A stretch of 64,000 nt of DNA, taken from assembly GCA_019058315.1 (NCBI GenBank), contig JAHPZH010000008.1, positions 144,869 through 208,868 on the forward strand, given 5' to 3'. Numbering within the stretch: the first letter of the stretch is position 1; the number at the start of each line of letters is the position of its first letter. Shown one piece after another: positions 30,358 through 40,156 of this stretch. The notes beneath the pieces are model-generated. The model was not told the DNA's origin. It worked only from the letters and a program-made list of their open reading frames with translations, and did not search any database. The translations under genes were made by a program, and so were the position numbers. The DNA comes from Candidatus Helarchaeota archaeon. GTDB lineage: Archaea > Asgardarchaeota > Lokiarchaeia > Helarchaeales > RDOG01.

Positions 30358-30825
30358 TTAGACTCCAACAATTTTAATTGCTTTGCTCAAGCAGTATACT
30401 TCACATACGTCACAAGATGTCTTAGGAGGTTTTACTCTTCTGCATTCATCAAGATTAATTATCTTTAATTTACCATCCACTACTTTATATAATATTTCTT
30501 TATCGCTGAGAGGGCCTCCCTCTGCACACTCTGCACACAATCTTACATTAACAGGACATGCAGTTACGCAATTACCACAACCAGTACAAAGATCAGGATC
30601 TAAAGTTACACCAGAAGGATGCACTTTTCCTATTTTACTAAAAATTTCCTTTAATTGTTCCCCACCTTTTTTATATTTTGGCTCTTCCAGTAATGGGCAC
30701 TCGTCAACTTTTCTTTCTTGGTTTAAAAGCTTTGTAGCAAATGCCATGCATGTCGCTTCACCACATTTTTTACAATTAGTCTTGGGGAGTAACTTATATA
30801 TTGTAAACGCGCTTAATTTCGTCAT
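30358..30825 (-). CDS. fwdG: FwdG-like ferredoxin: N-terminal Fe-S domain (LPKTNCKKCG..CMAFA) + 2[4Fe-4S]
   Basis: LC.GCGNCV.ACPVN...GG......V.DG...I.N...C matches the formylmethanofuran dehydrogenase subunit G pattern; mch is in the same window. Confidence 0.65.
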   Translation of the reverse strand: MTKLSAFTIYKLLPKTNCKKCGEATCMAFATKLLNQERKVDECPLLEEPKYKKGGEQLKEIFSKIGKVHPSGVTLDPDLCTGCGNCVTACPVNVRLCAECAEGGPLSDKEILYKVVDGKLKIINLDECRRVKPPKTSCDVCEVYCLSKAIKIVGV

Positions 30826-30965
30826 TTTTTCTCCAATAATACAATTGCTTAAATTAATTAAAATAAGTCGGTCAGTTATTGAATTGTATCAAAATAACTA
30901 ATTAAATAGATGATTAATTCAAATTGGAAAAAAAATTAAATTATATAATAATTAAGCAAAATTAA

Positions 30966-32126
30966 GTGTTGGAAATGCCTTTTAGATATGCAGATATTCC
31001 AGAATCGAGAACAAAACAGTATTACGCAATAGGTAGACATATTTGGAAGATGCATAAAGAACTTGGACATGATTATTTAGTTAGGCTACAAGATGAGAGT
31101 GTGGAGATGATGTATCCAGAAATTAAAGAACGGTTAAATATGACGATTCGTTCAGCAAGGGAAATAATCGAAGGAAAACTTTCTCCAGAAAAAACACTAA
31201 CATACATGTTATTTCCCCCTGTGGTCACTCAACGTGGAGATTTAACACAAGGGTCGATGAAATTATTATATGGTGAGTCTTGTGACCTTACGTTTATAGT
31301 TATTGATGATAATAAAGAAGGAGAAATATTTTTTATTTTAAATGGACATGCAGAGGATGGTATTCCTGTCGATTGGTGGTTAGAGAAGCCTGATTCAGAA
31401 TTACTGGATAGACGACATCAAAAATTAGGTTATAAACTCAGAGAAATACCATCGAGAATCAAAAATTTAACTAAATGTGGAATTAGAATAATCGAAATTT
31501 TAAAAGATGTTCGCAATGAGCGCACTCCCCAATGGAATCTTGCTTCTTATCATATATCCATGGTCTGGGGAACTGGAATGTCTAATCAATTATTCGAACG
31601 TTCATCGTGGGATGGTTTTGCCGAACTCTGGGATGGAGTTAATGCTAAGCGATTGGGGCTTCCAGATTATTGGTTTTGTTACGTTCCTTGGCCATTAATG
31701 GTTAAAACCCTATTTGATATGCCTCGTCGAAGTTGGACTCTCAGGATAACAGGTCTTTTTCTCGGTCATAAATTTTATATTCAGGGACTTGAAGATATTG
31801 CTATCGATTGGATTAAGGAAAATTTTCCAGAGGTTTTCGAGATTGGGGTAAAACAACAAATTCAAGAAGAGGGCATTCCATTGCCTTGGCAAACTCTAGG
31901 TTGTGTTAGCCCTAACTTGAATGATCCTGATGTATATAAAAATGAAGCCTTTGATTTCAAATATCCAAAACCTGAAAAATTTCTAAAACCTACAGATCTG
32001 GATATGAGTTTGGAAGATATACTAAAAGGCGTTTATCTTGATATTACTCATGAAACCAAAGAAAAAATTTCTAAAGATCACATTATTTCACAGGGGATAG
32101 GACGAGAAACAACTTATTTAAAATAA
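30966..32126 (+). CDS. Conserved hypothetical soluble protein (paralogue A)
   Basis: Alignable end to end with 32243..33400. Confidence 0.85.
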   Translation: MLEMPFRYADIPESRTKQYYAIGRHIWKMHKELGHDYLVRLQDESVEMMYPEIKERLNMTIRSAREIIEGKLSPEKTLTYMLFPPVVTQRGDLTQGSMKLLYGESCDLTFIVIDDNKEGEIFFILNGHAEDGIPVDWWLEKPDSELLDRRHQKLGYKLREIPSRIKNLTKCGIRIIEILKDVRNERTPQWNLASYHISMVWGTGMSNQLFERSSWDGFAELWDGVNAKRLGLPDYWFCYVPWPLMVKTLFDMPRRSWTLRITGLFLGHKFYIQGLEDIAIDWIKENFPEVFEIGVKQQIQEEGIPLPWQTLGCVSPNLNDPDVYKNEAFDFKYPKPEKFLKPTDLDMSLEDILKGVYLDITHETKEKISKDHIISQGIGRETTYLK

Positions 32127-32242
32127 AACTTTATCATCAAATTCCTTTAAAAACGCTTGATCTTATTAAATCATTTTAATTTTTCTTCAAAATTATAGAA
32201 TTCAAATCTTATGTCCAAACATTTTAATAATTTCTTTAATTA

Positions 32243-33400
32243 TTGTTCCTAGCCATGACTCATTATTTTGGAGAAATTCCGGAAAATTTACGGACAAAAA
32301 TTTTTTATCCATTAGGAAGAAATTTATGGAAATTATTTAAAGAGTTCGGATATGAGAGAATCCTTAAATTTCAAGAAAAATCTGAAGAAATTGTATATGA
32401 AGAAATTCAAGAACGGTTAAATACTACTTTAATTACTGCAAAACGTGTTTTAGAGAAAAAAGTTCCACATCCCGAACAAGTCCTAACATATCTTTTATTT
32501 CCTCCAGTTGCTTCAATCCGTACGGATCTCCAACAAGGTACTATGAAATTGTTATATGGAGATAGTGTTGATCTCTCATTTATTGTTATGCGGGATGAAA
32601 CTCAAGATATTTTTTTCATTCTTTCAGGTCATTGTGAAGATGGAATACCTGTCGACTGGTGGATGACCAGATCTAATGATGAATTATTGGATAGAAGGCA
32701 TTCAAAGATCGGATTAAGACTAAATGAGATACCAAAACAGAAAAATTTTCTTCAATGCGGTTTAAGATGTTTAGAAATATTAACAGATGTAAGGAATGAA
32801 AGAACGCCTCAATGGGCTACTTCAGCATCTCATGTCAGCCCAGTATGGACATCAGGATTATGGAATACTTTATTGGAAAGAAGTGGACATGAAGTTCATG
32901 CTGCTCTATATGATGGTTGTGTTGCAGATAAAGCTTTTGGAGAGCCATGGTTTGCCTATATACCTTGGCCCGTAATGATTAAAACTCTATTAATGATGAA
33001 GCGAGAGGATTGGGTGTTAAGATTGACTGGTTTAATGTATAGGCATTATCTCCATTGGCAAGGTTTGGAAGATATAGCAATCAACTGGTTGAAGGAAAAT
33101 TTTGCAGAAGTTTATTCTTATAGTTTGAAAATTTGGGATGAAGGAATTCCATTTCCAATACAGACAATAAATTCAAGTCCCCCAAATTTGAAGGATCCAA
33201 AGGTTTGTAGAAGGCAATTATTTGATTGGTACTTTCCATTTCCAGAGAATTTTATTCAACCGAGACATATCGGAATGGATATAGAAGAAGTACTTAAAGG
33301 TGTTTTTCTGAATATCACCCATGAAACACCTCATAATGAAATTATTAACGCTTCGCATATAATTTCAATTGGAACAGGTTTAAATACTAAATTCTTTTGA
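32243..33400 (+). CDS. Conserved hypothetical soluble protein (paralogue B)
   Basis: Shared motifs QG.MKLLYG.S.DL, GH.EDGIPVDWW, LLDRRH, DVRNERTPQW, PWP.M.KTL and QGLEDIAI.W. Confidence 0.85.
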   Translation: MFLAMTHYFGEIPENLRTKIFYPLGRNLWKLFKEFGYERILKFQEKSEEIVYEEIQERLNTTLITAKRVLEKKVPHPEQVLTYLLFPPVASIRTDLQQGTMKLLYGDSVDLSFIVMRDETQDIFFILSGHCEDGIPVDWWMTRSNDELLDRRHSKIGLRLNEIPKQKNFLQCGLRCLEILTDVRNERTPQWATSASHVSPVWTSGLWNTLLERSGHEVHAALYDGCVADKAFGEPWFAYIPWPVMIKTLLMMKREDWVLRLTGLMYRHYLHWQGLEDIAINWLKENFAEVYSYSLKIWDEGIPFPIQTINSSPPNLKDPKVCRRQLFDWYFPFPENFIQPRHIGMDIEEVLKGVFLNITHETPHNEIINASHIISIGTGLNTKFF

Positions 33401-33480
33401 TTTTTTTTTAAAATGATAGAATTATTATAAAATAAATTTGTTATTTTAAAAATCTTAAAAATCTAATAACCAAACAAATA

Positions 33481-33912
33481 GTGAAAAATATGAATGAAGA
33501 TCAAAAACTCAAAATTATTAGAATAGGCTATTGGATCGGTATAATTCTTGATTTATTATTTGCTATTGAAATGTTCCTTGCTAGCTTAACCGGAATGCCT
33601 AATTTTTTATCCCCAATATTTTCATTGGCAATTTTTAGTGGTTTATTTTATCGTTACGCCATAGCAATTGGAGCTGCAATGATGTTTGGGTGGACTATGC
33701 TTTTAATTTGGGCAGATAGAAAGCCAATAGAGCGAAAAGATATTTTTCTTTTAACATGTTTTCCTGTAATGATATTATTAATGTATAGTAATATATTATC
33801 AGGCAGCTTAGGTTTAATTAGTATTGGAGAAATGATTTTCAGAACAATTTTTCAATCAGGAGTAACCAGTTTATTCGTTTTTTGTTATTTTTTAGCTAAA
33901 AATCTTTCTTAA
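33481..33912 (+). CDS. Four-TM membrane protein
   Basis: M.GWT.LL.WADRKP.ERK motif within hydrophobic segments. Confidence 0.7.
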   Translation: MKNMNEDQKLKIIRIGYWIGIILDLLFAIEMFLASLTGMPNFLSPIFSLAIFSGLFYRYAIAIGAAMMFGWTMLLIWADRKPIERKDIFLLTCFPVMILLMYSNILSGSLGLISIGEMIFRTIFQSGVTSLFVFCYFLAKNLS

Positions 33913-33938
33913 TTTTTTTTTAAATTAGAAATGTCAGT

Positions 33939-34865
33939 TTGGTGAATTTTATGATTGGATATTTTATAGGAATTTTTCTAGCAATATTATCAGCCTTTAT
34001 TTTTAGTTTAGGAGCCATATTTCAAAAAAAAGGTGTAGAGGAAATGCCAGATATTAAATTTGATAATATTATGGACTCTGTAAAAGCTATGTTTAAGAAT
34101 AAAATTTGGGTTATTGGTTTAGTTTGTGCTACTGGTGGTGGAATTCCTTATTTTTTAGCACAATTTTTTGTTGGAGTGGCTTTATCTCAGCCTCTTATGG
34201 GAACTGGTTTATTATTTGTAGCACTTTTTGCTATAAAATGGTTGAAAGAATCCCTTAAATTAACAGAAATAATAGGAATTACCATATTAATTATCGCACC
34301 TATTTTTCTTACCTTCGGAAATGTTACAAATACAGCTGTTCAAATTGCAGATCCTATTTTTCATTTTTCTTTTATCATATTTTACATCATTTGTTTTATT
34401 GCAATAGGTATAAGTTTTCTTTTTTACTGGAAATCTGATAAATTTGTGTCTGAAAATATGGCAGCGAATTCTGGGATTTTTTTTGGTGCCGGTGCAATGG
34501 CAGCACAATTGGCCGTATTGGCTTTAAGACCATTTCTTTCAAATACTGCATTTTATATTTCTTTAAATCCATTTTTTATAGAATATAGACCCAATTCTGA
34601 TTTTTTTATTGCAATATTCGGTTTGATAATATTATTGATTGGGAATTCGGTTGGAACTTTTGTTGTTCAAATAGCTTTTCAAAAAGGAAAAGCAGCTATA
34701 GTCGTTCCTATTCAATCCGCTGGAAATTTATTAATTCCTATTATAGGAGGAGTTTTAATATTTAAACAAACAATAGGAAATTTGTTATTCTTCATAACTG
34801 GAATCATCTTAATGTTATTCGGCACAATTTTACTCGCAAGACTGCAAGCTGAAGCTCAAGCATAA
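33939..34865 (+). CDS. DMT-superfamily transporter (NIPA/EamA-like)
   Basis: LGAIFQK.G, W..G, QPL, L.E.L...E..G, Q.AFQ.G.A..V.P; about 9 TM. Confidence 0.8.
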   Translation: MVNFMIGYFIGIFLAILSAFIFSLGAIFQKKGVEEMPDIKFDNIMDSVKAMFKNKIWVIGLVCATGGGIPYFLAQFFVGVALSQPLMGTGLLFVALFAIKWLKESLKLTEIIGITILIIAPIFLTFGNVTNTAVQIADPIFHFSFIIFYIICFIAIGISFLFYWKSDKFVSENMAANSGIFFGAGAMAAQLAVLALRPFLSNTAFYISLNPFFIEYRPNSDFFIAIFGLIILLIGNSVGTFVVQIAFQKGKAAIVVPIQSAGNLLIPIIGGVLIFKQTIGNLLFFITGIILMLFGTILLARLQAEAQA

Positions 34866-34966
34866 TATGAGAAAAAATATAGAAACCAAAAATTTTAATG
34901 GAAAAATGGTTTTGCTTTTACGAGAACAAAATTTTTAATCATTCATTAATTTTGGATTGAGTATTA

Positions 34967-36802
34967 ATGCAATATGCTGGCTATACTGGAAAATTACTAG
35001 AAATAAATCTAACCACCAAAAAATCGAAAGAACGATATATCCAAGAAGATTTTGCTATTAGATATATTGGTGGTCGAGGATTTGGTGCAAGATTAGTCTG
35101 GGATCTCACCGATAATAAAACAAAACCTCTTAGCCCAGATAATATTATCTGTATAGCAGCAGGACCTCTAACTGGTTTATTAGCACCTGGTTCTAGCAAA
35201 ACTGCAATAGTATCATTATCACCAGCAACTGATATCTATGGAGATTCAAATATTGGTTCACATATTGGATTTGAGTTAAAAAAAGCAGGTTATGATATTT
35301 TACTATTAAAAGGAAAAGCAAACAAACCTGTAATAGTTATGTTAGAGGATGGCGATATTGAATTTCAGAACGCAGAAGCCTATTGGGGGATGGGAGCTCG
35401 GGAATCTGAAGCAGAAATTAGAAAAGATTTAAAAGATATTCATTGGTCAGTAGCTACAATTGGTCCAGCGGGAGAAAAGTTAGTAAAATTTGCAGCAATT
35501 CAATCTGAAAATCGTGTAGCTGGCAGAACAGGTATGGGAGCAGTATTAGGTTCAAAAAATGTAAAAGCTATAACAATTAAAGGAACTAAATCACTTAACG
35601 CAGCAAATCCTGATAAATTAATAAACACTTTTCAGAGAGCAAATGATTATTTAAAATCCCATCCAATTGCGGATGTTTATGCAAAATTTGGGACTTTTGG
35701 GCTATTAGAAGGTGTTAATGAACGTGGTATTCTCCCTGTTCATAATTTCCAAGATGCTATTTTTGAAGATGTGAATGAGATAAGTATGGATAAATTTGAT
35801 GAAAAATTTCCAGATACAAAAAGTCAAACTTGTCTATATTGCCCTGTTTCATGTGAAGGTGTTTTAAGAAAAAACAGCCAAATCATGCTAAGACCCCAAT
35901 ACGAAACTTTAGTTATGCTTGGACCTAATTTAGGAATTTCAGACTTGGATAATATTGTAGAATCAAATCATTTCTGCAATGAAAATGGGCTTGATACTAT
36001 CAGTAGTGGAAATATCATTGGATTGGTAATGGAATTATTTCAAAGAAAAATTTTAACTAAAAAGGATTTAAATGGAATTGAATGTAATTTTGGAAATTGT
36101 GATGCAGTACATAAATTGTTAGAAATTATTACAAAACGTGAGGGTATTGGTAACTTTTTAGCAGATGGAATAAAAGCAATTATTAAAAAATGGCCAGCTA
36201 GTGAACGTTATGCCTTACATTGTAAAGGATTAGAACAATCTGGATACGATACTCGTGCATTAAAAGCAATGACCCTTGCATATGCGACTGCAGATATAGG
36301 TGCACATCATAATCGAGCTTGGCCTGCTTATCATGAATTGATTAAAAAAAGAACTAATAAAGAATTAGCAGAATTGGTAATGTTCCATCAACATATTCGT
36401 CCCTTAATGGATTGCCTTGGAGTTTGTAGATTTCCATGGATAGAATTTGATATAGATATCAAGTTATATGGGGATTTTTATAAATATGGAACTGGAGTAG
36501 ATTTGAATATTCAAGATTTACTACACAAATCTGAGGGCATATATAATTTAACTCGAGCTATTAATATCCGTAGAGGAATTACACGTAGAGATGATCAGCC
36601 ACCTCCTCGAGTTTATGAAGATCCAATTCCAAAAGGTCCTTTTAAAGGAAAGAAAATTGATAAAAATGAATTTCAGAACCTACTTGATATCTATTATAAT
36701 CTACGTGGCTGGGATAATAAGGGAATTCCTACATTTGAAACATTGAAAAAATATGGATTGGAGGACATAGCTAAAGAAATTTATGCAAAAGAATTGAAAT
36801 AA
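34967..36802 (+). CDS. aor: Aldehyde:ferredoxin oxidoreductase family (tungstopterin)
   Basis: IGGRG.G, GPLTG, IGPAGE, AGRTGMGAV.GSKN.KA, C..CP..C, GLDTIS.G and YY..RGWD..G.P motifs. Confidence 0.93.
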   Translation: MQYAGYTGKLLEINLTTKKSKERYIQEDFAIRYIGGRGFGARLVWDLTDNKTKPLSPDNIICIAAGPLTGLLAPGSSKTAIVSLSPATDIYGDSNIGSHIGFELKKAGYDILLLKGKANKPVIVMLEDGDIEFQNAEAYWGMGARESEAEIRKDLKDIHWSVATIGPAGEKLVKFAAIQSENRVAGRTGMGAVLGSKNVKAITIKGTKSLNAANPDKLINTFQRANDYLKSHPIADVYAKFGTFGLLEGVNERGILPVHNFQDAIFEDVNEISMDKFDEKFPDTKSQTCLYCPVSCEGVLRKNSQIMLRPQYETLVMLGPNLGISDLDNIVESNHFCNENGLDTISSGNIIGLVMELFQRKILTKKDLNGIECNFGNCDAVHKLLEIITKREGIGNFLADGIKAIIKKWPASERYALHCKGLEQSGYDTRALKAMTLAYATADIGAHHNRAWPAYHELIKKRTNKELAELVMFHQHIRPLMDCLGVCRFPWIEFDIDIKLYGDFYKYGTGVDLNIQDLLHKSEGIYNLTRAINIRRGITRRDDQPPPRVYEDPIPKGPFKGKKIDKNEFQNLLDIYYNLRGWDNKGIPTFETLKKYGLEDIAKEIYAKELK

Positions 36803-36838
36803 AGAGTTTAAAAAAAAATTACATTTAAAATTTTAAAA

Positions 36839-37096
36839 TTAGCTCATGGGACCTTTAAATCCCCCTCTTTTACCGGTATTTTGCCCTCCTCCATAACGTA
36901 ATTTTTCAGTTCTCTTATCCTTCTTTGATTTCTTTTTATATTCTTTATAATGTTCCTTACACAAATAAGCTCTTGACATATTCTTTTCTATTTTTAAATC
37001 TAAATAACTACTAACTTGTAATAAGGAAATTGATCTAATTGATTCATTTTCGCATAATTTTACGCTGCATTGTCTTCCTTTTGTAATTCTGCCCAT
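36839..37096 (-). CDS. Small basic archaeal zinc-binding protein (C-x4-C...C-x2-H)
   Basis: MGR..KG..CSV..C....RS and AYLCKEHYKEYKK; GGAG SD. Confidence 0.75.
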   Translation of the reverse strand: MGRITKGRQCSVKLCENESIRSISLLQVSSYLDLKIEKNMSRAYLCKEHYKEYKKKSKKDKRTEKLRYGGGQNTGKRGGFKGPMS

Positions 37097-37177
37097 TTCA
37101 TGTTCTCCATTATTTAAACATTAAAAAATAGCAATATTTTAATTTTTTTAATATTGATAAGTATTTAATAAATTAAT

Positions 37178-37921
37178 TTATTTTTTTCCACAAGCGGGGC
37201 ACTTATCATTAGCTTTAATTTGGATTTTTTGGAATGACATTGATAAGAGGTCAAATATCAATAAATAATTCGTAAGAAGACCTTCTCTAAGACCAATTAT
37301 GTATTTTATAGCCTCCATTGATTGAATCGTCCCAGCAAAACCCGGAGTTGCTCCTACTACAGGTAATGGTGAATCTGAAGGAGGAGGAGGAGATGAAAAG
37401 ACACACCTATAACACGCTGATTTGAGAGGAATAACAGTCATTAGTTGTCCTTCAAAACCGCGTACGCCACCAACGCTGAATGGAATATTTTCTTTAATAC
37501 AAGCATCATTTACAAGATATTTTGCATTAAAATTATCAGAACAATCCACCACAAAATCATAATTTTTAATAATAGAAACAGCATTTTTGGAAGTTAATTT
37601 CTTATTAATTTTCTTATAATTCACATTTGGATTTAATTTTGATAATTTATCAAATGCTGAGTCAGTTTTATTCTTCCCAACTTGTTCAGTTGAATGGATT
37701 ATTTGCCTTTGGAGGTTAGATAAGCTTACAACATCCATATCCATCAGACCAAGAGTACCTATACCAGCGGCTGCAAGATAGTACGAGACTGAGCTGCCAA
37801 GACCCCCTAACCCCATTACTAATACTGATGCATCTTTTAACTTCTCTTGTCCTTTTTCGCCTAATTCGACAGCGATGATTTGGCGATTATATCTCTCCAA
37901 TTCTTCTTTAGATAGCTTCAA
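37178..37921 (-). CDS. ThiF/MoeB/UbaA E1-like adenylyltransferase
   Basis: RY.RQI, GLGGLGS, D.V..SNLQRQ, DCSDN, CYRC and CPACG motifs. Confidence 0.93.
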   Translation of the reverse strand: MKLSKEELERYNRQIIAVELGEKGQEKLKDASVLVMGLGGLGSSVSYYLAAAGIGTLGLMDMDVVSLSNLQRQIIHSTEQVGKNKTDSAFDKLSKLNPNVNYKKINKKLTSKNAVSIIKNYDFVVDCSDNFNAKYLVNDACIKENIPFSVGGVRGFEGQLMTVIPLKSACYRCVFSSPPPPSDSPLPVVGATPGFAGTIQSMEAIKYIIGLREGLLTNYLLIFDLLSMSFQKIQIKANDKCPACGKK

Positions 37922-38056
37922 TGAATTTAACCTCTATCAATTTAAAAATTCATTATTTTATAAAATTGTATAATCAATTATTAGTGATGAAATAAGAACT
38001 TTTATTTCATTCCAAGATTAAAAATAGAATTTTAAAAAGAATGTGAAAGAAATTTA

Positions 38057-38443
38057 TTACATTGATGTTTTTATTGCATCTCTGGGACAAGCATCGACAC
38101 ATAATTTACAATAGACACAGCGATCTTCAACATAGACAAATGCTAATGTTTCTGGATCGATAGTTAATGCATTTACATAACATAGGCTAACGCATAAACC
38201 ACATTCGATGCATAAATTATTATCGATAACAACATGACGTTTGCTTAATACTTGTAAGCCTTTTTCTTTAAGCATTTTTGTAATAATATCAACTTTATCA
38301 TCGGGAACTGATACAATACCTTCTCCGCCCTCTGAATGTATTTTAATTGATATAAAACTTATTGGAACCTTAGATTCTAATATAATATTTGCTAAGATTG
38401 GTTCATACGCGAGACTTAACGGGAATGTAAGATATAAATCCAT
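38057..38443 (-). CDS. NIL domain + 2[4Fe-4S] ferredoxin (MA1822-like partner of aspartate semialdehyde sulfurtransferase)
   Basis: EPIL NIL-like N-terminus, CIECGLCVSLC and CVYCKLCVDACP; abuts the DUF39 gene. Confidence 0.88.
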   Translation of the reverse strand: MDLYLTFPLSLAYEPILANIILESKVPISFISIKIHSEGGEGIVSVPDDKVDIITKMLKEKGLQVLSKRHVVIDNNLCIECGLCVSLCYVNALTIDPETLAFVYVEDRCVYCKLCVDACPRDAIKTSM

Positions 38444-39949
38444 TTATAAAACCCTCCTTGTTCCTAATAATTTCATTAGTCCCTCAGCGGTTACCATTCC
38501 TAAAACTCGTCTTTCGGCATCTATAACTGGTAGTGCCGAAATATCATGAGTCTCAAGCTTGCGTGCTGCGGCAGCTGCTGGTTCGTCTAATGTTGTGGTT
38601 ATTACCTTCCTCGTAATAACATCAGCTAAGGTTAGATTATTTTGGGCAACCGCTCTTGTTATATCAAATGAGGTGACAATACCTTGTAATTTTTTGTTTT
38701 CATCTACAATTATTATATGATTAATGTTTTGATCAATTATTTTTTTAGCCACTATTTCTATAGAAGTAGTAATTTTACATACTGTTGCAGGACCCATGAT
38801 TGACCTTACAAAGGGAATTTCTTTAGTTAATTTCATGGGTTTAAATACTGTTGTTGTTGGTAATTTTTCTACAGGTGCTGATAATAGGAATTTGCCCTCT
38901 TCAATCCAATTTTTCAGACTATCTGCTATTTTCTTGGATTTTTTTAGTCCTGTTAATGGTGAAACTTTAATCTTTTTACCATTTAATTCAATACTTCCTG
39001 ATTTTAATTCTTCATAATCTGTTATTTTTAATGTGGGTCTAGCTCTCCTTGGAACTCCATAATCAATTAAATTAGTTTTTAAATCTTTATCACTAATTGA
39101 TGTTTTCTTAGCTAATCCTTCGTTTAAGATTGGGATCGGTATTCCAATTCCTACATATAGAGTAGTTCCGTAATTTGTAAAATTTGCACCCTTTAAAAAT
39201 TCAGATCTCATTTGTTTTAGATCTCCTTTTACCATGATTGTTCCAAACTGGTTTTTTGGATTATGTTGGGTTCCTTCTCCTATTATATAACCAATACCTC
39301 CGCCTAGAAATATTCTTGTACCCATTCCTATTGTTTCATAATCTGGATCATTAGATAAGGGTGATAAACAACCAGAGCCTGCAAACGTTACATTTCCGAA
39401 TCGTGGAAGCAATTTGCCCATATATGTATATAGAGTATCATCGCGACTATTACATGCAGCATTATACCTTTGATAACCATTTCTAGGATTACATAAAACA
39501 GCTTGATTTAAATCATCGATGGTAAGGTTAGTATCTACTCTAAGTCTTGGATAACAATCTGTAGCATAAGCTGTTGCTCTCAAATTTATTTCTTTTTTTG
39601 CGACTAAAGCTTCTATTACATGCCCGCCACCATATTCAATGTTAGTATCACTCCTTCTTGTCGCTCCAATATAGACATCAACTGCAGCATTTCCATGATA
39701 ACAATGTACATCGTTTAACCAAACATGTTCCATTTTAATGGGTGGATCACTATGCCCGAAATTTAAAAATGCACCCGAAGAACACATTGCTCCGAAGGTC
39801 CCTGTTGTTACAACATCAATATCTTTCGCGGCTACTTCAATACCTTCATTTTCTACTAATTTGGTCATTTCATCTGCTGTAATTACTTGAACATCACCAT
39901 TCTTTATTTTCTGGTTAATTTCTTCGTAAGTTCTTAATTTTTTACTCAT
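38444..39949 (-). CDS. L-aspartate semialdehyde sulfurtransferase (DUF39 + CBS, MA1821-like), homocysteine synthesis
   Basis: DVVTTGTFGAMCSSGA, YGGGHVIE, NPRN.YQ.Y, TYMG.L.P, GTRIFLGG and C-terminal CBS pair. Confidence 0.93.
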   Translation of the reverse strand: MSKKLRTYEEINQKIKNGDVQVITADEMTKLVENEGIEVAAKDIDVVTTGTFGAMCSSGAFLNFGHSDPPIKMEHVWLNDVHCYHGNAAVDVYIGATRRSDTNIEYGGGHVIEALVAKKEINLRATAYATDCYPRLRVDTNLTIDDLNQAVLCNPRNGYQRYNAACNSRDDTLYTYMGKLLPRFGNVTFAGSGCLSPLSNDPDYETIGMGTRIFLGGGIGYIIGEGTQHNPKNQFGTIMVKGDLKQMRSEFLKGANFTNYGTTLYVGIGIPIPILNEGLAKKTSISDKDLKTNLIDYGVPRRARPTLKITDYEELKSGSIELNGKKIKVSPLTGLKKSKKIADSLKNWIEEGKFLLSAPVEKLPTTTVFKPMKLTKEIPFVRSIMGPATVCKITTSIEIVAKKIIDQNINHIIIVDENKKLQGIVTSFDITRAVAQNNLTLADVITRKVITTTLDEPAAAAARKLETHDISALPVIDAERRVLGMVTAEGLMKLLGTRRVL

Positions 39950-40156
39950 CTCATAGACCTCATAATTTATTATTTAATATTGAAAACATTACAGATTTTA
40001 TATATAAATATTACTATAAGTCATATTTCTGGTCTTTATTATGAGTGTCAGTAATTAATTATTATTAAAAAATTGTGACATAGAAAAAAAGTATATATAT
40101 ATATAAATAATCTAATTTTTAATCCTCAAAATTAATTAAAGGATCCTAATTTTAAA

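Noticed and set aside
30383-30901. 172-aa + strand ORF
   Set aside because: Antisense shadow of the FwdG-like ferredoxin.
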